Below, one piece after another: positions 22,394 through 30,460 of a stretch of 64,000 nt of DNA (position 1 is the stretch's first letter; the number at the start of each line of letters is the position of its first letter). The stretch is from Candidatus Aldehydirespirator sp. Its GTDB lineage: Bacteria; Actinomycetota; Acidimicrobiia; Acidimicrobiales; Aldehydirespiratoraceae. The notes beneath the pieces were generated by a model. The model did not search any database and was not told where the DNA came from. It saw nothing but the letters and a program-made list of their open reading frames with translations. The position numbers and the translations under genes are program-made. The DNA is taken from positions 2,276,154 to 2,340,153 of the forward strand of contig OZ252146.1 of assembly GCA_965248735.1 (NCBI GenBank), in the 5' to 3' direction.

Positions 22394-23014
22394 CTAGAGC
22401 TTGCCCACCCACATGGGCGATATCGGACCCGGTCGGCGGTCGCCAAACATCATCCCTGCGAAGGCGAGTCCGTTCCGCGCCGTTGCGAGCAAGTCCTCCA
22501 GACTCCGAAGCCCCTCATAATTGTCGAGTTCGTCGGGCACATTTGCTCGGATCGACTCGATATAGGTATACTCAACATCAGAGGTATCGGCGGTCCACAA
22601 TCGGCCTGGCTGAGTTGCCTCTCCCTCCGATGCGAGTTGGTGGAGTATCTGAAGATCGAGCGTCGTGAGCCACTCTCGCTGCAGATCTCTCACATCTGAT
22701 ACGGTTGCGTGCCCTCTACTAAAGAACTCGTTAAGGACTATTACCTCTCTCCCCCAGTAACGCTCGTATGCATTGTGGATACCTTGGTCGTCAAGTGTCT
22801 CCTTCAGCTTGGCTATTAGCGGTCGCTGCTCGGCCAATGTCGTGGCGAGATCTTCACTCGAAATATAGCCAGCAACTGCCATCGCAATGGCGTTCAGTGG
22901 AGGGATTAAGGCTCCTGCCAAGTCTTCTGCGGCCTTCCTAGCTGATTTTCTCCCCAACATAGATGTGTCCCTTACGCTACTGATTGGTTGACATTGAGAC
23001 GGGTATAGCCGCAC
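22394..23014 (-). CDS. Hypothetical protein, low-G+C foreign gene
   Basis: 206-aa ORF (likely start 'MLGRKSARKAAEDL') in a segment of about 48-50% G+C by eye. No family recognised. Confidence 0.5.
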   Translation of the reverse strand: MRLYPSQCQPISSVRDTSMLGRKSARKAAEDLAGALIPPLNAIAMAVAGYISSEDLATTLAEQRPLIAKLKETLDDQGIHNAYERYWGREVIVLNEFFSRGHATVSDVRDLQREWLTTLDLQILHQLASEGEATQPGRLWTADTSDVEYTYIESIRANVPDELDNYEGLRSLEDLLATARNGLAFAGMMFGDRRPGPISPMWVGKL

Positions 23015-23154
23015 CCGCGCCTAGATTGTTCATGTGTCCGTGACCCATCCCTGTTCGGCGTAATCACAGCGATATGTTGCGGCCGTTGACCGACGAATAG
23101 CGAGCGAATGACTGGAAGCAATTGTCTACGTTCGTCAACTCGCATCGCACGATT

Positions 23155-23304
23155 CTACTTTGATTCGAATTCCTTCACTTCCCACCCGCACGTGCGACAG
23201 TGATAAACGACATATGTACCCATCGGTTCCTCTTTCTCGCTCTTCGCCCACATGACTACTCCTGGACAACTGTTGCACTTCCGGCCTTTTACCACGTCAA
23301 ACAC
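23155..23304 (-). CDS. Small zinc-ribbon protein (49 aa), tentative
   Basis: My translation gives 'VFDVVKGRKCNSCPGVVMWAKSEKEEPMGTYVVYHCRTCGWEVKEFESK', with two CxxC pairs. It is below the ORF-track size cutoff and has a GTG start. Confidence 0.3.
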   Translation of the reverse strand: MFDVVKGRKCNSCPGVVMWAKSEKEEPMGTYVVYHCRTCGWEVKEFESK

Positions 23305-23548
23305 TCCGTTTCATGTATCGCCGTATGTCCGCAATTCCATAATGACAGACCTCCACCGGTGGATGCAAGTCGGTCATCATGGCCGATCGCACCCGAAGCA
23401 TTCGACCCGGCGGAGGTTCACCGTTCGAGGGACGCTTGGTGCGGCGGCTGGCCCGCCGGCTGGTCGGCGGACGCCCGGGTCATGCCCATCAGCGCGGCGG
23501 CCCGACGCTGCGGTCTCGGCTGGCATGTGGTGATGGCGCTGGTGAGAC

Positions 23549-24618
23549 GGCAAGCTCTAGTGGTGGTTGCTCGCGAGGGCAGTGTGGCGGTCTTGGGCGT
23601 TGTGCCAGTGGTGGAGGCGTCGGGGCATGGTGTTGATGCGGTCCTCTATGGCCCACAGTCGGGCTTGGCCGACGTCGAGGTCGGTGCCTTTGGGCAGCCA
23701 TCTTCGCAGCATGGAGTTGTTCTGCTCGTTGGTCGGCCGCTGCCAGGGGCTGTGGGGCTCGCAGAAGTACACTTCGAGGCCGGTGTCAGCCTCGATGCGG
23801 GGCCAGCGGGCCATCTCGCTGCCCCTGTCCCGGGTCAGCGTCTTGGCCATGCCCGACGGCACCCGGGCGAACGTTGCGGCCACGGCGGAGGCGACCTTGT
23901 CGGCGCTGTAGCCGCCGTGGAGCGCGCCGGGCAGCGTGTAGCGGCTGGTGCGCTCCACGAGGGTGACCACCGCTGAGCGGTTGCGGGCGCCGATGATCAG
24001 ATCGCCCTCCCAATGCCCGGCCTCGCAGCGCCCCTCGACAGCGGCGGGCCGCTCGGCGAGGGACCGGAACTGGCCCAGAGGCCCGCGTTTGGCCTGCTCG
24101 CAGCGCCCGCGGCGCTTGCGGCGGCGGCGGCAGCGCACCAGACACCGCCACGACCCCGCGGCCAGGCCCCGCCCGCCAGCGGGGTCATAGCACGCCGCGT
24201 AGATCGTCTCCGCGCACACCCGCCGGCCCGGCGGGCGGCCCTGAGCGCGCATCAGACCCGCGACGGCGTGGGGCGAGCAGCCCTCAGCGAGCATCTCGGC
24301 CACCTCCGCGGCCAGGCCGCTGTCCGCGGCGAGCTTGCACGTCCTCGGCCTCGCCGCGGCGGCGTCGGCGTCCGCCTGGGCGTCCAAGGCGCTGTATCGG
24401 ACCCGCTCGCAGCGGGCCGCCTCGCGGCGCACTGTCGACGCGGCCCGCCCCAGCGTCTGAGCGATCCGCTCAGCGCTGAGCCCCTCGTTCATCATCGCCT
24501 CTATCGTCGCGCGCTCCTCGAACGCGAGCCTCTGTGCCATACTGGGCACCTCCACCGGTCTGGTTGTTCTGTGACACAGCCATCATGGCTGAACGAGCAA
24601 CCACCGGTGGAGCTTGCC
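23549..24618 (-). mobile_element. IS30-family insertion sequence, apparently intact (copy 2, 1070 bp)
   Basis: Imperfect terminal IRs GGCAAGCTCtagtGGTGGTTGCTCG (23549-) and CGAGCAACCACCggtgGAGCTTGCC (-24618). 'GAC' is present on both flanks, a possible 3-bp TSD. Full-length transposase ORF inside. Confidence 0.8.
23557..24540 (-). CDS. IS30-family transposase
   Basis: 'MAQRLAFEERATIEAMMNEGLSAERIAQTLG' HTH. 'GHWEGDLIIG', 'TLTRDRGSEMA' and 'YFCEPHSPWQRPTNEQNNSMLRRWLPKGTDL' are the DDE catalytic-region hallmarks of IS30. Confidence 0.9.
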   Translation of the reverse strand: MAQRLAFEERATIEAMMNEGLSAERIAQTLGRAASTVRREAARCERVRYSALDAQADADAAAARPRTCKLAADSGLAAEVAEMLAEGCSPHAVAGLMRAQGRPPGRRVCAETIYAACYDPAGGRGLAAGSWRCLVRCRRRRKRRGRCEQAKRGPLGQFRSLAERPAAVEGRCEAGHWEGDLIIGARNRSAVVTLVERTSRYTLPGALHGGYSADKVASAVAATFARVPSGMAKTLTRDRGSEMARWPRIEADTGLEVYFCEPHSPWQRPTNEQNNSMLRRWLPKGTDLDVGQARLWAIEDRINTMPRRLHHWHNAQDRHTALASNHH

Positions 24619-24650
24619 GACCCTTCACTCCACGTTTACGCGCAGGGCCG

Positions 24651-25091
24651 GGATGGCCGGCTCACACTTCAGCGTTGTGCGGGGTGTGCGGTTGGTCGGA
24701 ACTGCGATGCCGTGCCCGGGCGCACCCGAATCCGAGATCGACGAGCACCATCAGGATCGTCACTGCGGTGAGTGCGAGGGTGTAGTCGCCGACGAGACGG
24801 TTCCCCCAGTCGACTTGCTCGCTGAACATGTCGCTGAGCATCACGACCACGACCATCCGATAAGCGATGCCGATCGAGTCCGAGATCGCGAACGCGGTCC
24901 ACGACAGGCCCGCGGCTCCAGCTACGGCGCAAGGCACTACACCGCCGAAGAGCACGAGCGGCAGGCCCCGCGTCTTGACCATGATGGACTCGGACCACGC
25001 GACCAGCCTCGTGCTGGCTGGAAACCATCGGCGCCAGCGGTCGAGCAGCTTGGGTCCGTGCAGTCGGCCCAGATGGAACGCTATGGGGTCG
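24651..25091. repeat. 441-bp direct repeat, copy 2 (3' part of the intact DedA/VTT-like gene)
   Basis: See copy 1. The two copies bracket 22384-24650. Confidence 0.85.
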
Positions 25092-25363
25092 CTCAAGGCC
25101 ATGCCGACGGCTGCGGCGATGACGAAGCGCAGCGGACCGAGGCGCCCAACCAACAGGACCTGCGTTGTGACGCGTGCGTCCATTATCGCCAACAGCAACG
25201 GCATGACCACGAGCATGCCCGGAGCGAGCGCACGGCTCGCGAACCCGGCTGCGGTATAGGCTGCTAGCGCCACGGCGAGGCTCTGATCCAACACCGCGGG
25301 CCGTCGGCCCACTGGGGGGTGTCCGGGTGCGTCGACAACCACCTGAATCCCCGGCCGACTCAT
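24662..25363 (-). CDS. DedA/TVP38-like (VTT-domain) membrane protein
   Basis: 233-aa polytopic protein. 'DPIAFHLGRLHGPKLLDRWRRWFP...SIMVKTRGLPLVLFGGVVPCAVAGAAGLS' resembles the VTT-domain core. Confidence 0.5.
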   Translation of the reverse strand: MSRPGIQVVVDAPGHPPVGRRPAVLDQSLAVALAAYTAAGFASRALAPGMLVVMPLLLAIMDARVTTQVLLVGRLGPLRFVIAAAVGMALSDPIAFHLGRLHGPKLLDRWRRWFPASTRLVAWSESIMVKTRGLPLVLFGGVVPCAVAGAAGLSWTAFAISDSIGIAYRMVVVVMLSDMFSEQVDWGNRLVGDYTLALTAVTILMVLVDLGFGCARARHRSSDQPHTPHNAEV

Positions 25364-25827
25364 CCGAGCCTTGGGCCGAGTCTGCCGAGTTCGGGCGGCA
25401 ACGGCCCCGACAGACCGTCACACTGCAAGTGCAGCGTGTAGAGGTCTGTGAGTTGGCCTAGTTCCGGCGGTATGGGCCCCGACAAACCGTCTTGGCACAG
25501 GCTCAGCATGTGGAGGTTTGTGAGTTGGCCGAGTTCCGGCGGTATCTTCCCTCGCAGGCCGAGGCAATTCAGTTCGATATGCGTTATGTGACCCGTGCGG
25601 TTGGTGGTAATGCCGAACCACAGTCCCACCGGTACATGGCCATCCCAACTCCAGGTACCGGTTGGCTTCGGCCTGTCCCACCGCCAGTTGGGGCCGCCGG
25701 TCGACTTATGAAGTGCCATCAACACAGCCCGCTCACCGTCAGCTTCGCGCGCCCCGGCATCTGCTGGCAGTTCGGGTGTGGAAGCGTCGAGCACGGCCGG
25801 CTTCCCCGAGTCTCCCACGGTCATCAT
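25360..25827 (-). CDS. Leucine-rich-repeat protein (plant-specific-type LRRs), short
   Basis: 'ALHKSTGGPNWRWD...WFGITTNRTGHITHIELNCLGLRGKIPPELGQLTNLHMLSLCQDGLSGPIPPELGQLTDLYTLHLQCDGLSGPLPPELG': 24-residue LxxLxLxxNxLSGxIPxELGxL repeats. Confidence 0.6.
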   Translation of the reverse strand: MMTVGDSGKPAVLDASTPELPADAGAREADGERAVLMALHKSTGGPNWRWDRPKPTGTWSWDGHVPVGLWFGITTNRTGHITHIELNCLGLRGKIPPELGQLTNLHMLSLCQDGLSGPIPPELGQLTDLYTLHLQCDGLSGPLPPELGRLGPRLG

Positions 25828-25948
25828 AGCGAGGTGGGCGCCACGCTCATGCGTTGCGGTCTCCTGCCCAGTCGATCTCCTGTGATCGGCCCGACAACAC
25901 GAGATCGAGTCCACGTGAGAATGCCGCGAGACCGGATCCGCCTGCGAG

Positions 25949-26324
25949 CTATCGTTGAGGGTCAGTTCCGTATTGCGTCTCGAGCTTGTAGACAATTGCG
26001 GCGACGTGTTCCGACAGTCCCTGGATCCAGTCGGCCAATTCCTGGCCATACCCGTAACGCGTACTCGCCTCGTATGCTCGTAGCAATTCGGGACGCAGCC
26101 GGTGAACATCGTCCAGGTGGTCAAAGATCGCCTTTGCGTTGGTGAAGTATCTCAGAATCAAGCGAAAGACGCAACTTGGCAAGCGAACGACGCAACTTGG
26201 TGAGCCGGTAGAGTTCTGGCGGTATCGGCCCCGACAAATCATTCGAATGGAAGTAGAATGCATGGAGGTTTGTGAGTTGGCCGAGTTCTGGCGGTATCGG
26301 CCCCGACAAGCGGTTGTGTGCCAG
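25949..26324 (-). pseudogene. LRR-protein gene remnant (5'-truncated by the IS30 fragment, internally frameshifted)
   Basis: One frame gives 'LAHNRLSGPIPPELGQLTNLHAFYFHSNDLSGPIPPELYRLTKL'. A second frame continues with 'ILRYFTNAKAIFDHLDDVHRLRPELLRAYEAS...'. There is no start codon context. Confidence 0.4.
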
Positions 26325-26602
26325 GGCAAGCTCTATCGGTGGTTGCTCGCGAGGGCAGTGTAGCGGCTCTCGGCGCTGTGCCAGTGGTGGAGGCGTCGGG
26401 GCATGGTGTTGATGCTGTCCTCGATGGCCCACAGTTTGGCCTGGCCGACGTTGAGGTCGGTGCTTTTGGGCAGCCAGCGGCGGATGATGGCGTTGTTCTG
26501 CTCGTTGGTGGGCCGTTGCCAGGGGCTGTGGGGCTCGCAGAAGAACACCCGCAGCCCGGTTTGGGCCTCGATGCGGGGCCATCGGGCCATCTCGCGGCCC
26601 TG
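26325..26602 (-). pseudogene. IS30-family element, 3'-terminal fragment (copy 3)
   Basis: Starts with the same IR (GGCAAGCTCTATCGGTGGTTGCTCG). Encodes 'GREMARWPRIEAQTGLRVFFCEPHSPWQRPTNEQNNAIIRRWLPKSTDLNVGQAKLWAIEDSINTMPRRLHHWHSAE...', collinear with the C-terminus of copy 2. Cut at about 26602. Confidence 0.8.
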
Positions 26603-26618
26603 GATGCTCCTATGTTTG

Positions 26619-27917
26619 TCAAGTCGTGATTTCGGTGAGGTGGCGTTGGTAGCGCTCGGCGAGGTCGCGGTTGTGGTAGAGGCCCCGTTCGAGGGCTGAG
26701 ATGCGGGTGGGCCAGACATCGAGGGCTCGTGCTGTGGTGTTGATTGTGAGCCCGCGTCGGGTGCGTTGGCGGCGGAGGTCCGTTCCGTGGGGAACGGCGG
26801 GCGGGTCTGTGAGCAGCCGGTAGACGTCGCGTGCGATGTAGCGTTTGAGGCAGCGGATGATCTCGCGGCGGGTCTTGCCCTCGGCGCGTCGCCGCGCGGC
26901 GTACTCGATGGTGCGGTCGTCTATTCGCATGCGGATCATGGCGATGCGCTACAGGGCGTTGTTGGCTTGGCGGTTGCCGCCGCGGTTGAGGCGGTGGCGC
27001 ACGGTGGCGCCCGAGGACGCTTCCACGGGGCTGGTGCCGCACAGCGCAGCGAAGGACGCCTCGCTGCGCATCCGGTCGGGGTTGTCGCCGGCCGCGGCGA
27101 GCAGCGCAGCGGCGATGTCGGGGCCGGCCCCGCAAGCGCCGAGCAGCGCCGGGTCAACTTGTTCGCACAGGCTGAGCAGGTCTGCGTCGAGAGCGTCGAT
27201 CTCGGCTGTGAGCGCCCGGTGGCGGCGTGCCAGCGTCCGCAGCGCGGTCTTGGCCGCCGCGTCGACAGCGCCGGCGGCGGTGTCGGGGCGCAGCCGGGCG
27301 CACACGTCGACGATGGCGGCGGTGCGAAGTCCTCGCAGCCGGTCTTTGAGGTGCTCGCCGGCGGTGACGACGAGGCCGTGGACCTGGTTGGCGGCCTGGG
27401 TGCGGGCCTTGACCGCCGATCGGCGGGCCACGGACAGCATCCTGATCGCCTCGACGGGCCCGTCGCCTGCTTTGGGCTCGGCGGCGGCCTCGCCGTTCAG
27501 CGCGGCCCGCGCTGCGGCGATGGCGTCGACAGTGTCGGTCTTGCCCCGACGGCGGCGTGCCTGGCGGTTGGGGCGGTTGACCTCCAGCACCCGTGTCCCG
27601 TCAGCGGCGAGACGGCGCGCCAGGCCCGCCCCGTAGGAGCCGGTCCCCTCGACGCCGACGGCCTCGACCGTCCCGTGGGACTCCATCCAGGCGAGCAGAT
27701 GGTCATAGCCCTTCGCGTCGGCGGGGAACGAGGCCGTTCCCAGCGTCCGTCCCAAGCCGTCCATGACGGAGGCCACATGGGCGTCCTTGTGCGTGTCGAC
27801 CCCGCCGATGACGGAGGCCTGATCCTGTGGCATAGTTGTCCCTGCCCTTGCTGGTCTGTCCGGTGATGGCGCACCACCGGCCGGGGCGGCGGACAGGACA
27901 CTCACGATGTCAAGCAC
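26619..27917 (-). pseudogene. IS110-family transposase with a single in-frame TAG (Tyr position)
   Basis: N-terminal DEDD domain 'VIGGVDTHKDAHVASV', C-terminal 'FAALCGTSPVEASSGATVRHRLNRGGNRQANNAL'. TAG at 26949-26951 is followed in the same frame by 'RIAMIRMRIDDRTIEYAARRRAEGKTRREIIRCLKRYIARDVYRLL'. Related transposases have 'NxALYxIA' here. Confidence 0.8.
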
Positions 27918-28153
27918 AAGGCTCCTGACTTGTTGAAATAGCGGTCAGCATCCCAGTCCCGGCGGGGACATAGGGTGCTAGGTCGGTGACCGGTTGGGCT
28001 CACACGCTCCTTGCCCGCCTCGGTGTGGCTCTCTTATAGCGTGCCCGGCCGGTCGCCGCCCGCTGCGGCGTGGCTCAATAGAGGCGTGAATCGTTTCCTG
28101 AATTCAGGTTGCCCGCCGCGGAACCCGTATCCGGCAACCGCAAGGAACGACTC

Positions 28154-28569
28154 ATGACTGTCGTTATCGGCATTGATCGACACAAGGCTTCCCACACCGC
28201 GACGGTGGTAGGCCCTGATCTGGCCGAGGCCTCCACGATCAGAGTGCGAGCAGCCCGCTCGACGACCGAGGAGCTGCTGAGATGGGCCCAGGCACAGCCC
28301 CAGCGGCGCTGGGCGATCGAGGGCGCCCGCGGGCTGGGCCAGCTGCTGGCCCAGCAGCTCGTCGCCGCCGGCGAGCATGTCGTCGATGTGCCCGCCACCC
28401 TCGCGGCGCGGGTGCGGACCCTCGACACCGGCCACGGCCGCAAGACCGACCGCGCCGACGCCCGATCGGTCGCGGTGGTCGCCGCTCGGCGCCCCGATCT
28501 GCCCCGAGTCACAGCAGATGACCACCACCGCGTGCTGCGGCTGCTCGCAGACCGCCGCGACGAGCTGAC
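28154..28569 (+). pseudogene. IS110-family transposase, N-terminal fragment (different IS110 member), interrupted by IS3
   Basis: 'MTVVIGIDRHKASHTATVV...WAIEGARGLGQLLAQQLVAAGEHVVDVPATLAARVR...GRKTDRADA' is the DEDD N-terminal domain. The reading frame ends at the IS3 left end. Confidence 0.8.
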
Positions 28570-28656
28570 TGTAGTGATTCTGGGATCGTGTCCGGTTTTA
28601 GGTCGTTGATTACGGAGCATCGGGGTGGGAGCATGGCGCTGTGAAAGGAGCGTCAG

Positions 28657-29001
28657 ATGACTGATACCTCGAGGTCCTTGGAGCGTGGCGGACGCCGCGG
28701 GAGGCGGCGGTTGTCGCCTGTGGAGAAGTACGAGGCGTTCGTGCAGGTGCTCACGGGTGAGATGACCGTGGTCGAGTGCGCGGACCATTGGGGCGTGGAC
28801 CGCTCCACGATCATGCGGGCCCGCGAGGTCGCCAAGCGCGGCGCTCTGGACGCGTTGGCGTCGTCTCGTCCCGGGACGCGCTCCGGCGGCGTCGCCCCGG
28901 AGTTGGTGATGGCCCGAGACGAGGCGGCCCGGCTGGGCGAGGCGCTCAAGGAGATGGCGGTCAAGGTCACCTTGTTGGAGGGAAAAGAGCGTTGGGGGTG
29001 A
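28657..29001 (+). CDS. IS3-family transposase OrfA (HTH)
   Basis: 114 aa. 'RRRLSPVEKYEAFVQVLTGEMTVVECADHWGVDRSTIMRARE' HTH plus a C-terminal leucine-zipper-like helix. Confidence 0.8.
   Translation: MTDTSRSLERGGRRGRRRLSPVEKYEAFVQVLTGEMTVVECADHWGVDRSTIMRAREVAKRGALDALASSRPGTRSGGVAPELVMARDEAARLGEALKEMAVKVTLLEGKERWG
28980..28986 (+). promoter_or_regulatory. Programmed -1 ribosomal frameshift heptamer G_GGA_AAA (orfA to orfB)
   Basis: In the orfA frame the codons read ga[G GGA AAA] gag. A -1 slip gives GGG AAA AGA GCG ..., i.e. 'GKRALGVTAGVPPRVEAG', continuous with the orfB frame. Confidence 0.6.
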
Positions 29002-30053
29002 CCGCCGGCGTGCCCCCGCGTGTCGAGGCCGGCACCAAGGCGGCTCTGTTGGACCTCGTCGACGGCGCCGTCGGGGCGGGCTGGAGCACAGCGCGGGCTT
29101 GCTCGGTGCTCGAGCTCGACGGCCGCCGGTGCCGCCGCTGGCAGCACCGTCGAGGCGCGGGCCGCCTCGACGACCACACTGCGGGCGGCACCGCGTCACA
29201 TGCCATCACCCCAACAGAGCGCCGGGCGATCGTGGAGCTGTTCGAGCGCTGGGGCGACATCGACGGCGGCTACCGCAAGCTCGCGCACCGCGGCTCCTAC
29301 GAGAACCTGGTCTGGGTGTCGCCGTCGACGCTGTATCGCGTTCTCGCAGCCCAGGGCCTGGTTCTGCCCGCCCGCCCGCAGCGCACACCCGCGCCGGCGC
29401 GGCCCCTGCCGGACTGGATCGAATGGAAGCGCCACCAGATCTGGATCTATGACATCACCCACTTCCCCAGAGCTGGGCGGGTCGCCTACGCCATCTTGGA
29501 CGTCGTCACCCGCAAATGGCTCGCCACCCTCGTCACCGCCGAGGAGACCGCCACCCAAGTAGAGGCCGTCTTCACACAAGCCCTCGACACCGAGGGCCTG
29601 TGGCCCGCCGTCGAGGCCCGCCAAGCCGACCGCGCCCGCCGAGGCGACGACAGCGACGAGGAGCCCATCCTGTTGGCCATGTCAGACAACGGCCCCCAGA
29701 TGCGCGCCGGCACCACCAGAGAGTTCCTCGCCCTCTGCAGCATCGCGTCGCGCTTCGGCCGGCCCGGCACCCCGACTGACCAGGCATGGATCGAGACCCT
29801 GTTCGGGCACGTCAAAACCGAATGGCCCCACCTCGAGAAGATCACCGACCCCAACACGCTGCGAGCAGAGCTCGACATCGCCCGACACGACTACAACACC
29901 CGCCGCCTGCACGCCTCCCTCGGCTACGTCACCCCCGACGACGAACACCAAGGACGAGCAGAGCGCATCCGCCAGGCCCGCCAAGACGGCCTCAACCGGG
30001 CCCGCCTCACCCGCATCGCCTACCATCGCAACAACAAACCCAACCAGCCATGA
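28986..30053 (+). CDS. IS3-family transposase OrfB (DDE integrase core), expressed as an OrfAB fusion by -1 frameshift
   Basis: 'IWIYDITHFP', 'LAMSDNGPQMRAGTTREFL', 'DQAWIETLFGHVKTEW' and 'YNTRRLHASLGYVTPDDEH' are rve-domain D,D(35)E hallmarks. Confidence 0.85.
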   Translation, partial: RALGVTAGVPPRVEAGTKAALLDLVDGAVGAGWSTARACSVLELDGRRCRRWQHRRGAGRLDDHTAGGTASHAITPTERRAIVELFERWGDIDGGYRKLAHRGSYENLVWVSPSTLYRVLAAQGLVLPARPQRTPAPARPLPDWIEWKRHQIWIYDITHFPRAGRVAYAILDVVTRKWLATLVTAEETATQVEAVFTQALDTEGLWPAVEARQADRARRGDDSDEEPILLAMSDNGPQMRAGTTREFLALCSIASRFGRPGTPTDQAWIETLFGHVKTEWPHLEKITDPNTLRAELDIARHDYNTRRLHASLGYVTPDDEHQGRAERIRQARQDGLNRARLTRIAYHRNNKPNQP

Positions 30054-30460
30054 ACACACCCGCCCAATGCGGCGCAATCAAACCCCCGAAAACGGACATT
30101 TACTCAGAAGCACCTCAATTGACAAACATAGGAGCATCAACCTGCTCCAAGTGCTGCGGCGCACCGCCCACGGCTTCACCAACCCGCGCAACTTCGAAGC
30201 CCGCGGCATCCTGATAACATGACCCGCCAACCGGTGCCGGCAACCCTCAATCCCACGAATACGCGCAGGGCCCACTTTCTCCCCACCGCCAGGATGAGAC
30301 TAGGCCATCGGGGTGATTATCGGTGAGGAGCAGTCGTCGACGCGTCGCCGAGGACACAACCGACGGCCCTGCTCAGGAGGTCCAACTGACGGGTACGCGA
30401 GCACCGTCTTGGTGCTGTCGATAGGATTGGGGGCGTTGGTCATGCTCGTGGGGAGCCGCG

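Larger units (their letters stand above)
28570..30119 (+). mobile_element. IS3-family insertion sequence, apparently intact (ends +/- a few bp)
   Basis: Imperfect IRs (TGTAGTGATTCTGGGATCGTGTCCGGTTTT vs the complement of AAAACGGACATTTACTCAGAAGCACCTCA). 'TGAC' is present on both flanks, a possible 4-bp TSD. Has orfA, orfB and a slippery heptamer. Confidence 0.75.

Noticed and set aside
26766-27866. 366-aa plus-strand ORF, with others at 26239-27135 and 26845-27636
   Set aside because: Antisense or alternate frames of the IS110 transposase gene. No motifs.
30119-30220. Possible ISL3-type transposase C-terminal tail ('INLLQVLRRTAHGFTNPRNFEARGILIT*'), with a matching N-terminal-like piece at about 23440-23548
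   Set aside because: Only 30-35 residues each. The similarity is from memory of the 'AyGFrNfenfr.Ril' tail and is too short to support a feature call. They are mentioned only as context in the findings.
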